A stretch of DNA of 64,000 nucleotides. It comes from a virus. A program made the translations under genes and the position numbers. This document shows positions 28,873-37,094 of this stretch, in pieces. Location of the stretch: the IMG/VR virus record IMGVR_UViG_3300047121_000347, positions 1 to 64,000 of that record, one strand, 5' to 3'. Each line of letters opens with the position of its first letter. The stretch's first letter is position 1. The notes below the pieces were generated by a model, which was not told the DNA's origin, did not search any database, and saw only the letters and a program-made list of their open reading frames with translations.

Positions 28873-29862
28873 TCAGCGCTGACGAGCTGCTTCTCGCCGC
28901 TCAACCCAGCTCATCGCAGCGTAGCGCCAGTCTTCCGCACCCACCGAGGCGGCCTCTTTTCGGCCCGTTTCGCCGGCCCGGCGAGCCGCGCTCACCATAG
29001 CCATAGGTCGCGCCACGTCGCTCAGGAACGTGTTGCGGTACGGGTTAGGAGCCAACGGGTCAACGCAGAACCACTCGCACTCGTACAAGAACAGCTGCGG
29101 GTCTGGATCGATCATCAGCGGTCGGGGTTTCACGAGTCCCCGCCAGTAACGGTCGTAATCGCTCGACTGGGGCGGGAGGGTGATGTACTGGTCGGCTTTG
29201 TAGAGATTGCGGTAAAGGTGAAGATTCGCGCTCACTTGCCGATAGACGCCTAACGGAACCCCCAGCGCCGTGGCCACAAACTCCTGCAACACGCTAAAGT
29301 GCACGACGTTTGCGCCGAGTGCGCCCCACCAGATATCGTTGCTACGGTTCAGGACCGTCATATCGAGCTGACCGGCTTGGGTTTCGAAGATCACCTGCGT
29401 GTTGCACGCCTTGTCTTTAGTGGCTTTTGAGAGGTCGGCGGGGTCCCAGATCTGAATCACGGCTTGACGGGTTTGCGGGTCGCGGCGCAAGAGGTCAATC
29501 ACCGCCAGCAGCTGATCGAACCCAAAGTGCCGCCGCCAGCGGTAACCGTACGCGGCGTTAAAGGTCACGCCGTCGTCGCTGTACTGCCCGATGCGGCTGT
29601 TGAAACGCTCGAGGAACGCCACGTCATTGCGCCCCGCGAGCATCCAGATCGACTCCAGCAGGTGAAAAATCGGATTAGCGTCTCGCCCCTCATGAAACAG
29701 CACCCGCTCCTGAGGCCGCAGATACGTGATGATGAACGTGTCTGTGAACGTAATCGCCGGACCATTGCGGGTGTTACGCTCATGGGTAGGATACGTTCGG
29801 AGCTTCCAGAATACCTCCGCGAAGGCTTCGTTGACGTTACTTGCGGTGATTGTGTAGGCCAT
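28873..29862 (-). CDS. thymidylate synthase homologue, probable dUMP hydroxymethylase
   Basis: TRNG, DANPIFH, AYG.RW, TRQAVIQIWD, KACN (catalytic Cys), NRSNDIWWGALGAN (Asn indicates dUMP specificity), NLHLY; adjacent to hmdU-modifying genes. Confidence 0.85.
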   Translation of the reverse strand: MAYTITASNVNEAFAEVFWKLRTYPTHERNTRNGPAITFTDTFIITYLRPQERVLFHEGRDANPIFHLLESIWMLAGRNDVAFLERFNSRIGQYSDDGVTFNAAYGYRWRRHFGFDQLLAVIDLLRRDPQTRQAVIQIWDPADLSKATKDKACNTQVIFETQAGQLDMTVLNRSNDIWWGALGANVVHFSVLQEFVATALGVPLGVYRQVSANLHLYRNLYKADQYITLPPQSSDYDRYWRGLVKPRPLMIDPDPQLFLYECEWFCVDPLAPNPYRNTFLSDVARPMAMVSAARRAGETGRKEAASVGAEDWRYAAMSWVERREAARQR

Positions 29863-29866
29863 GACT

Positions 29867-30784
29867 CTAGAACTCCTTCTCGGGCTTGTAGCGGGTCTTC
29901 GGCACACCGTCCCCAACCACTGTGCGGGCGTACTTGCTGTACTCGCACATTACGTTCTGAACGTCATGCAACGTAAGGTCCGTAATATCAAGCTGGGTTT
30001 CGATTGCGTTTTTGATCTCGATCAGTTTCTTGTTGAACTGCGTCTGGTTCCAAGGCATCGTTGACTTGCGCCCCGTGAGGTAATTGAGCCCTTTGGTGCT
30101 GCCGGGGCCGATGGGGGCGTAAGTGTAAAGGTCCTCGGCGACGCCCAGCTGTTTGTCGGTGTAGGTGAGGTCGGCGGCAACTTGCCCGGCCATAAACGTA
30201 TTGAGCCCAAACGACGTAGCAAGCAAGTACACGAAGTTCTCGATCCGGGGGCGCTCGTAATTGAGCTCTTCGATGAGTTTCGCGTTGAGCTCAATGGCGG
30301 GCTCAATGATGTGCCGCGCTAATGCAAGACTTTTTATTCCCGCAGGTTCTTTGTTGGTAGGGTAGACCATATATGCCCCACCGTAAATCTTATCAACCTT
30401 ACGGCGATACGCTTCGATAAGAGAACTAAACGCCTCGGGTGAAAACTTCTCAGGTGAAACGGGCAGAATTTTCTCATAAATCAATACGCGCAAAGTAGGC
30501 GGCCAGTTGATTAACCGCGCTATCAAAAGCGTAAACCACAAATCTGGCCGGTCAGCGTCAGGCTCTATGAGGTGTTTGATGATCCATTTAGACACTCGGT
30601 CATCACGGCGGCGGATGTTCGTAAACTTGTAATCGCGCAAGGTGGGGTCCTCGGTCCACGGGGGCGGCAGTTTGTTTTCACGTGAGATGCGGATTACTTC
30701 TCGTTCCCAAACAAAATACAGCAACCCTTCGATTGATGCAATTTTATTAGCGGTAGGCGGCTTGTAGGGGCAATCTTCGATCAT
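29867..30784 (-). CDS. 5-hmdU DNA kinase helical subunit (aGPT-Pplase1 family)
   Basis: ERE.IR..R...PPWTEDP.L..YKFTNIRR.DDRVS, R.INWP.TL, FMAGQV.ADL.Y, GPGS.KGL, QN..CEYSKY. Confidence 0.85.
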   Translation of the reverse strand: MIEDCPYKPPTANKIASIEGLLYFVWEREVIRISRENKLPPPWTEDPTLRDYKFTNIRRRDDRVSKWIIKHLIEPDADRPDLWFTLLIARLINWPPTLRVLIYEKILPVSPEKFSPEAFSSLIEAYRRKVDKIYGGAYMVYPTNKEPAGIKSLALARHIIEPAIELNAKLIEELNYERPRIENFVYLLATSFGLNTFMAGQVAADLTYTDKQLGVAEDLYTYAPIGPGSTKGLNYLTGRKSTMPWNQTQFNKKLIEIKNAIETQLDITDLTLHDVQNVMCEYSKYARTVVGDGVPKTRYKPEKEF

Positions 30785-31347
30785 GCTTCGAACTCCTCGA
30801 AAATAGTCATCAGCTGAGGGTGAGGGTCAGCGTGGTCGATGAGTCGCACGTTGTAACCCGCATTGCGTAAATTTTTGTAACAGTTCACCACCGAATGGAA
30901 CTTTTCGACAAGGTTTTTAGGGTCGAACGGTTTTTCATTACCGGCAGTCAAGCGACGCTGTTTGACGCGCTCGATACAAAGCTCGAGCGGTGTGTTCATG
31001 AACGCATACACCGCGCAGCCTGTGGGCTGCACGGCTTGGGTGACTTGTCCACCTAGTCCGCTGTTAGAGACTAACGCCCCTTCGTAAAGTACATGCCCTA
31101 ACGGGTGAGCTTTCAACACGCGTTGAGCTATCTCAGCTTGAGTTTTGATCGCGTCGGTGCCACCGCAAACATTGTCATATTTGCCGATGACGTAAATCGG
31201 GGTGCGTAAAGCAGGAACACCTACTCGATAACCGGCTATCTTATCTTTGCTCATTAACGCCTCAGCACTGTAGTCGAGAAACTGCCTAACGGCTGTGGTT
31301 TTACCTGAACCGAACGTACCTGATATGCGCAAGATGACATTTCGCAT
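30781..31347 (-). CDS. P-loop kinase, probable 5-hmdU DNA kinase catalytic subunit
   Basis: ISGTFGSGKTT, GKY...CGGTD, EG, TPLELCIERV..RR; ATGA-coupled to the helical subunit. Confidence 0.8.
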   Translation of the reverse strand: MRNVILRISGTFGSGKTTAVRQFLDYSAEALMSKDKIAGYRVGVPALRTPIYVIGKYDNVCGGTDAIKTQAEIAQRVLKAHPLGHVLYEGALVSNSGLGGQVTQAVQPTGCAVYAFMNTPLELCIERVKQRRLTAGNEKPFDPKNLVEKFHSVVNCYKNLRNAGYNVRLIDHADPHPQLMTIFEEFEA

Positions 31348-31368
31348 GTTAGTTTTCCAGTTGTTTCG

Positions 31369-32373
31369 TTATAAAAAATGCTCGGCTCGATAGGGCCGAC
31401 CTGTAGCGGGAAATATACGCGCTTTTTCTTTCAAAGACAACCGCTGCGTCTCACATTCAGCCCTCAGCCATTCGGGGAGTTCCAAGCTGCGTATGTCTTT
31501 GAACACCGCCGTAACTTCGCTCAGCCCCCGAGCGTCGGCCCACTCGATACGCTCCCAAGCCATGTCGGCATAAACGCCGGGATACCTTCGCCCAAAGAAA
31601 TGATTTTTAAATGTGCACAAGTTGCTCTCGAGTGTAAAGTTATTTACATTCGGAATGTCGTGGTTCTGCTCAGAAAAATCAAAGAGAAGGTTGTCGGCCT
31701 CCCGACTCAGCCACGTGCACATCCCTTCAAAATTGAAATAACTGCCGTCAAAGCCGTTGCCCGCCCGTTTGTCCCAAACTAATTGGTCGTTGCCGGTTAA
31801 GAACAACATACCGTTACGGTGGGAGCGGCTACCCGACTTGTCGTTAAAAAGCAAGTCGTCGCAGTCAGCTCCGAACCCGTTGAGGTAAACGTACTCGAGG
31901 TAAGAAAACGATGACAGTCGCCCAAACGAGTGATACCGCCCTCGCACTAACGCCCATAGTTCAGCATATGTTTTTTCGCTGAGCATGGTAACTTGCGAGC
32001 CGCCGTGTTCAGCAACAAGATTGGCATAAGTGCGGATAGCTTCGGGGGTGTGTGTTTTCTGATATCGCCGGTCTGTATCGAACTGTAACCGGTCCCACTC
32101 TGAATTAAACCAGTCGCTGAACTGCGTCAGCTTTGCATCAGGGGGTGGGACTGACGGGAGACGTTTCGCAAGACTTATTGAAGTTATAGGGTTTTGCGTA
32201 AGACCATTTAAAAACGCAAACCAAAGACGCTGCTCGGCATCCCAATCGTAACGTCGCGCCAGCTCCGGCATGTACAGGTATACCAACCCCGGCATCACAC
32301 CGTAAGTCAAGTTCAGACCGTAGAGTTTGTCGAAATATTCGCGGCGGTTTTCCCGCAGCCGGTAATCGTTCAC
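31369..32373 (-). CDS. amino acid:DNA transferase (aGPT-Pplase2 / ADDT family)
   Basis: DYRL.ENRRE.F, LWFAFLNG.TQNP.TS, DTDRRY.K, FGRLSSFSYLE, SHRNG, TLESNLC.FK, RYPGVY.DM; GTG start at 32373. Confidence 0.85.
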   Translation of the reverse strand: MNDYRLRENRREYFDKLYGLNLTYGVMPGLVYLYMPELARRYDWDAEQRLWFAFLNGLTQNPITSISLAKRLPSVPPPDAKLTQFSDWFNSEWDRLQFDTDRRYQKTHTPEAIRTYANLVAEHGGSQVTMLSEKTYAELWALVRGRYHSFGRLSSFSYLEYVYLNGFGADCDDLLFNDKSGSRSHRNGMLFLTGNDQLVWDKRAGNGFDGSYFNFEGMCTWLSREADNLLFDFSEQNHDIPNVNNFTLESNLCTFKNHFFGRRYPGVYADMAWERIEWADARGLSEVTAVFKDIRSLELPEWLRAECETQRLSLKEKARIFPATGRPYRAEHFL

Positions 32374-32525
32374 AGCAGCCCCCACCCAAAGTTAAACAAC
32401 GCCGAAATGACGCGGCAAAACGCTCCGGCCAGAACTGTACCCGCCGCGATAAGCGCCACCCAACTCAACAACCAGAGGGCGAAAAACCCTCCGCTGTCAA
32501 AAACGCTTCGACTACGACGGTTCAT
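32370..32525 (-). CDS. small membrane protein (51 aa, not in ORF track)
   Basis: MNRRSRSVFDSGGFFALWLLSWVALIAAGTVLAGAFCRVISALFNFGWGLL*; 4-bp overlaps at both ends. Confidence 0.55.
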   Translation of the reverse strand: MNRRSRSVFDSGGFFALWLLSWVALIAAGTVLAGAFCRVISALFNFGWGLL

Positions 32526-33025
32526 TTTGGAGTTCCTGATAAGCTGACGAGCTCAAACGAACGTCCGTTAATTTGAACCGTAGCCGGCTCGTTGGCTTTA
32601 GCTGCGGTATAAAGCTGTCGCGTTAAACGGTTTAACTGACCGCTACTCATCCAATCGGGATGAGCGCGGCGCATCCTCAAAGCGTTTTCCCAGATTTCGT
32701 TGGTTTCGATACAACGCACTCTTCGATCGGGTAATCGTAATGAGTCACTCATTGCAGGGCGCTTTTTGCTGCTTAAGAGAGGGGGCTCTTTGGTTTTTAC
32801 GACTTTGCTTGCAACTGACGTTTGAAGTTTGTCCCACAACTCGCGGCAGCGGTCGACGGCTTGCTGACGGTCTGAAAATGCCCGTACACGGCGGTTGGCA
32901 TATTTATTGTGAAACTCAATGAGCTGCTTCATCGAAGCAGTCTCGAGCCACGCGTAAAGTGATTCGCTAGTTTCAGTTTGATGGGGTTCGGTGTTAAACA
33001 TTTCAGTAATCTCCTGTGGTTTCAA
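32522..33025 (-). CDS. hypothetical protein
   Basis: 167-aa ORF overlapping both neighbours; start uncertain. Confidence 0.55.
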   Translation of the reverse strand: MKPQEITEMFNTEPHQTETSESLYAWLETASMKQLIEFHNKYANRRVRAFSDRQQAVDRCRELWDKLQTSVASKVVKTKEPPLLSSKKRPAMSDSLRLPDRRVRCIETNEIWENALRMRRAHPDWMSSGQLNRLTRQLYTAAKANEPATVQINGRSFELVSLSGTPK

Positions 33026-33240
33026 AATAGTGCTTCTTCAAAATCTTCAACGCTCGGTGGTTGCTTCGGGGCGCGGACGGCTTTGACCTGCGAGATGTGC
33101 AGGATGACCCACTGCGGGAACGGCCAGTTGGTCTCCTGATTGATGAGCCGCACCGAGCAGCCGCCGTCTGCATGAATCGCCTCCAGCACCCCCAGGCCTG
33201 AAGGCGTCATGACACGGTCGCCTTGTTGGTGATAACGCAT
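33022..33240 (-). CDS. hypothetical protein
   Basis: ATG 33240 after GAGG; ends EEALF. Confidence 0.5.
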   Translation of the reverse strand: MRYHQQGDRVMTPSGLGVLEAIHADGGCSVRLINQETNWPFPQWVILHISQVKAVRAPKQPPSVEDFEEALF

Positions 33241-33244
33241 AAGC

Positions 33245-33436
33245 TCAGACCCCCTCAACGATGTATTCGGCGTCAAGGGGTGCGTCAATAGCTGCTAAGT
33301 ACTCTTCGACGGCTTCCTGTTGCGTGGCGCCGTGTCCCACCGGGTCGCCGGGCTCGTAGTCGGGGCCAAAGGCGGTCCAGTCAAAGCAACGCAGCGGCAC
33401 TGGCGGCGTAACGTGTAGGGTTAAAATTTTAATCAC
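33245..33436 (-). CDS. hypothetical protein
   Basis: 63 aa; FDW.A...YEPG..VG.G.T..EA. Confidence 0.55.
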   Translation of the reverse strand: MIKILTLHVTPPVPLRCFDWTAFGPDYEPGDPVGHGATQQEAVEEYLAAIDAPLDAEYIVEGV

Positions 33437-33704
33437 GGCGGAACTCCTTACTCAAGAGGTCTTGGACTTTTTCGCGGATGGCTTGATCTTCGGCCCAGGT
33501 GGCTTTTTCGGCCAGCTCGGGAGACAGCTGACCGTCCTCATCAAGCACATGCCACTCGCAGTCAAACCAGCCGTTGTAATCAAGATCGCTAGCGGCGCTG
33601 TATGAGTACGAGCCGCGCACGCTCTCGTAGGACAACACGCCGATTACGCAAGGCACACCGCCAATGACGTGCTCAAAGGTGAGGCGAAAAGGTTGCTTGG
33701 TCAT
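33429..33704 (-). CDS. hypothetical protein
   Basis: ATG 33704 after GAGGAG. Confidence 0.55.
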   Translation of the reverse strand: MTKQPFRLTFEHVIGGVPCVIGVLSYESVRGSYSYSAASDLDYNGWFDCEWHVLDEDGQLSPELAEKATWAEDQAIREKVQDLLSKEFRRD

Positions 33705-33709
33705 TTGAG

Positions 33710-33895
33710 TTACTCCTCGACGGTGACTTTGAGCTGGGCTTCTTCGAGGGCGTGCTTCAGAGGCCACATAGCTAACCACGCTTCGGCTTGCAGCTTACCG
33801 ACGAAACAAGGGTCTTTGAACGCAGTCATTGACGATTTTTCAATGCTGCTGAGCACTTCGATGGCTTTGACGATTTGACTAACAGTGACTTGCAT
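33710..33895 (-). CDS. hypothetical protein
   Basis: 61 aa; AAGGA SD. Confidence 0.55.
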   Translation of the reverse strand: MQVTVSQIVKAIEVLSSIEKSSMTAFKDPCFVGKLQAEAWLAMWPLKHALEEAQLKVTVEE

Positions 33896-33925
33896 TTTGA
33901 GTTCCTTTGAGTTGTTGAGTTATGA

Positions 33926-33939
33926 GGGGCCGAAGCCCC
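33926..33939 (-). other. GC hairpin with UUCG tetraloop, no U-tract
   Basis: GGGGC-TTCG-GCCCC on the minus strand, intergenic. Confidence 0.6.
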
Positions 33940-33951
33940 ATGGAATGAATT

Positions 33952-34284
33952 CTAACGTGAAGTTACTTTTACGGCAAATACGGCGGAAACCTTGGTGTTT
34001 TCGGCGACCATATTGCTGATTACGTTTTTGATGTCGACCTGAGGATTCTGCTGCAAGATGAGGTCGGCGAGCAACATCACGATAGCTTTGTAGTCAACGG
34101 TTGCGCGGTTGCTCTCGCTGTACGTTGCCTTGAACAACACACCTTCAATCACGCGAGGACCGCCGGCACTGGCGGCCTCTTTGATTTGAGTTTTGATCGC
34201 ATCGGCGCGAGCTTCGAGAGTTTTGATCTCGGCGAGCAGCGAACCGAGTTGATCAGCGGCGGTGAGTTTGAGGTCGTTTAGCAT
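33952..34284 (-). CDS. hypothetical protein
   Basis: 110 aa; D.LG.L.AEIK.LE...D.IK coiled coil; GGAG SD. Confidence 0.6.
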   Translation of the reverse strand: MLNDLKLTAADQLGSLLAEIKTLEARADAIKTQIKEAASAGGPRVIEGVLFKATYSESNRATVDYKAIVMLLADLILQQNPQVDIKNVISNMVAENTKVSAVFAVKVTSR

Positions 34285-34326
34285 TTCAGTTCTCCAGTTA
34301 ATTAGTTATGAGGTACAACGGTTTAT

Positions 34327-34356
34327 ATTAAACCTCATTCCACCATTGATTGGCAA
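34327..34356 (-). promoter_or_regulatory. putative sigma70 promoter
   Basis: TTGCCA-18 bp-TTTAAT in an AT-rich gap. Confidence 0.5.
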
Positions 34357-34367
34357 GTAATAACCCT

Positions 34368-34721
34368 TCATTTTGGTTGGGTATCGACGCGCTCTCGCCC
34401 TAAGCCTAAGTTGAACGGGTCGTTGAACATGGGCGGTGAAGTACTGGGGCGCTTGGTCTTTGACGGGATAGGCTTTGTGGCTTTGTAGTAGCCGAGCCGC
34501 GAAAACTTTCCTGCTACGGAGGTCTGCTCCAACTTGAAATGGCGCTCAACTTCACCCGCCATCAGCAGTGGGCGTAGGTTACCCGTTATGCTCGCTGTAG
34601 TGACTCTGAACCGCTGGGCCAGCGCGGCGGTTGAAATAGGGGTGCTGCGATTCTTCAGGTAGTTCAGCAGCTCGCGTTGCCGGGCGTTAAGAACCAGCGG
34701 GGGTAGCTCCTGCTCGCTCAT
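34368..34721 (-). CDS. winged helix-turn-helix protein
   Basis: RQRELLNYL...ISTAALAQRFRVTTASITGNLRPL..AG.V; ATG 34721. Confidence 0.6.
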   Translation of the reverse strand: MSEQELPPLVLNARQRELLNYLKNRSTPISTAALAQRFRVTTASITGNLRPLLMAGEVERHFKLEQTSVAGKFSRLGYYKATKPIPSKTKRPSTSPPMFNDPFNLGLGRERVDTQPK

Positions 34722-34930
34722 GATTGGGGCTCCTCGACGAGTTGCCACCGGCGGTAGGTTTCGTGTTTGCGCATCGTCACGGGGCACTCCCTTGACGGCG
34801 GCACCCAGCCGTGCTTGCGCCAGACGTCCTCAACGGGCAAGCACCAGTTGCCCGGCTTGATCTGCCGGCTAAATTCCTCGAGCCACGCGGGCGGCGCGGG
34901 TTGATCGGGGGTGGGGGTTGCGTTTTCCAT
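34718..34930 (-). CDS. hypothetical protein
   Basis: VWRKHGWVPPS; ATG 34930 after GGAG. Confidence 0.5.
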   Translation of the reverse strand: MENATPTPDQPAPPAWLEEFSRQIKPGNWCLPVEDVWRKHGWVPPSRECPVTMRKHETYRRWQLVEEPQS

Positions 34931-34931
34931 T

Positions 34932-37094
34932 CTAAAGTTCTCCATCTTCAGGGTTAAAAACACGTAACGAGCCGGGCTCGGTAGGGTAATGTTGCGCGAT
35001 GAGCGCTTCGTTCAACCGCACGTAGTGATTGGCGCGGCCCTGGGGTTTCTCAAGCTCAACGCGCTCGACTAACCCGTCCGCCAGCAGGGAGTTCATCAGG
35101 CGCTCGCGCCGTTCTTGCGAGCACTTCAGGCCGCCGTCCGCCGTCGTAAGGCGCTCAAAGTAGCTGCGGGCACGGTTGGGGTTGGCGCGTATGAGTTGGA
35201 TCATCTGCAGGGTGAGGGCGTTCCAGTTGCTGCGTTCGCGTTCCTCTTTTACTTGCGTTTTTAGGGCGGTGCGCTCGCCGGCTTTCAGCGGGCGGGCCAC
35301 GGCGTGCGCGAACCAGATATCACGCGGGGTGCCGAGTACGTCCGGGTGGCGCTCGCGGTTGCTGACGAGCTCGAACACGAGTTCGGGGTAAGCGGCCGGG
35401 AACCGCACTTTTATCGTCTTCAGCACTCGGGGGGCGTCGGCGTCTTCGCCGTCTTTAAACACCGCGTACACGCCCTGCGCGTCGCCGGTCCAAGCCGAAG
35501 CGCCTCGGGGTCCGAGATTGGAAGCCTCCTGCGAGCCCAGGATTTTTGAAGTGTGGCTGACGATGATCACCGGAAACGCTGAAAATGACTGCTTGATGGC
35601 GGCCATTGCGCGACCTACTTCGGCGTTATCATTTTCGTTTTCGAGGTCAAATACGGCGTTAGCCGTATCGAACACCACCAGGGGCAGCGCCTCAAAGACG
35701 GTGTCGGAGTTGTCGGTGCGGGGGTTCTGGACAGTCCACGTGCGGTACTCGGCCGCAACCGCCCCCACCACTTTGGGGTCAAGACGTTGGGCCGCCAACA
35801 CCCGCACCCGAGCCTCAAAGTCGGCGGTGCTTGCGCCCGTGAATCCCCAGCTGTACAGCGAGTAAATGGTGCGTTGAACCTGCTCGACAGACTCGGTGAT
35901 GATGATGACGTTGCGGCGCACCGTGGGGCGCATCATGTAGTCGGCCGGACACAAGTGCGCCACCGCCAACGCCAAAGGTATGACGAGGGTGGTTTTGCCG
36001 ACGCCGGGCGCTCCCGCCACCACGTTGACGCCGGTGCTCATGAAGTCGTCGAAAATGTATTCAAAAATCGCTACGCGGTCAGCCCCAGTAAATACCGCCC
36101 GGCTCAACGCAAAAGGGTGCGCAGCCTTTTCAGCTGAGCCGGCTGCGGGGACGGTGTTATTGTTGCCCGGCCAACCGGCGTCAATCGCTAGGCGGAAAAT
36201 CGAACGATACGTAATGCTATGCGGGTTGGTCAGGTCGCGTTCCCATTTCTTGCGTTGCGCGGCGGCGTTGAACTTTTCGCTCTGCGCCGACCATTCGGTC
36301 CAGATTTTGTAACCGTTCTCGCCGTACGGACGCAGCGCCATCCCCACGTTGACCCACGTTGTGTAGTCGTCGGCGTCGACGTGTTTCAGCGCCGAGCGCA
36401 AGTCGTCAAAGGTTTGCGCCGTCGCCACCGGCACGCCGCCCCGCTCCGTCAAGGCGTAAGTGACCGGGCTCCGCGCTCGGGAGCGTATCATATCAGGCAG
36501 CGGCGAAGGTTCGGCGGGTGAGGTGCGGCTCAGGGGCGACCGCCCTTCGGCCCAACGGTACTCGCCCGACGGCCCCAACGTGGGCGCGACGCAAATGTAA
36601 CCATTGTGTTTCAGGTCAAGCCCTTTACCGAGCGAGCCGGGGTAGCTCATTTCGGGGTCGGCGCGGAAGATACGATGCTCCCCGCCGCCCTGCGTAACCG
36701 CCGTGAGGTCTGAGTGCAGCACGCCGTGCTCGGCCTCCAGAGCCGAAAGACTTTCAGCGCCGCCGTTTTGCGGGTCGATATCAAGGGCAAGCAGCCCCGA
36801 ATCCGCCAAGCTCACGCCCACCCCGGCGGCGGGATCCGTCGACCACCATTGCCTGATGCGCTCCTCGTCGGTTGTGGCGTCCTGGTGACCGTGGGGTACG
36901 AGTTGCGCTTGGGGGTGTTTGCCGGGCTTGTGGCCGGTTTCGGCGTTGGGCCGCCCGCAACGGCACTGCCCATGCGCATCGACGGACCACACCGGCAACA
37001 CCGCCCACCCGAGCCGCGCATAAGCCAGCGCGTAATCAAGGGTGGTGGGGGCGCGGTCCACGGCCCACAGCTGTTTATCAGTTTTCCTACGCAC
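34932..37094 (-). CDS. primase-polymerase / PriCT-2 / AAA helicase fusion
   Basis: ALAYARLGW.VLP, GKHP, LALDID, GGEH (Prim-Pol); YTTW.NVGMAL, WS..SEK (PriCT-2); GAPGVGKT, VVFDT, VSH (AAA_25); probable GTG start at 37094. Confidence 0.88.
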   Translation of the reverse strand: MRRKTDKQLWAVDRAPTTLDYALAYARLGWAVLPVWSVDAHGQCRCGRPNAETGHKPGKHPQAQLVPHGHQDATTDEERIRQWWSTDPAAGVGVSLADSGLLALDIDPQNGGAESLSALEAEHGVLHSDLTAVTQGGGEHRIFRADPEMSYPGSLGKGLDLKHNGYICVAPTLGPSGEYRWAEGRSPLSRTSPAEPSPLPDMIRSRARSPVTYALTERGGVPVATAQTFDDLRSALKHVDADDYTTWVNVGMALRPYGENGYKIWTEWSAQSEKFNAAAQRKKWERDLTNPHSITYRSIFRLAIDAGWPGNNNTVPAAGSAEKAAHPFALSRAVFTGADRVAIFEYIFDDFMSTGVNVVAGAPGVGKTTLVIPLALAVAHLCPADYMMRPTVRRNVIIITESVEQVQRTIYSLYSWGFTGASTADFEARVRVLAAQRLDPKVVGAVAAEYRTWTVQNPRTDNSDTVFEALPLVVFDTANAVFDLENENDNAEVGRAMAAIKQSFSAFPVIIVSHTSKILGSQEASNLGPRGASAWTGDAQGVYAVFKDGEDADAPRVLKTIKVRFPAAYPELVFELVSNRERHPDVLGTPRDIWFAHAVARPLKAGERTALKTQVKEERERSNWNALTLQMIQLIRANPNRARSYFERLTTADGGLKCSQERRERLMNSLLADGLVERVELEKPQGRANHYVRLNEALIAQHYPTEPGSLRVFNPEDGEL

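Noticed and set aside
28873-29862. ordinary thyA or dCMP hydroxymethylase
   Set aside because: Asn at the specificity position argues against dCMP; the adjacent hmdU kinase and transferase genes argue against plain ThyA (not proven)
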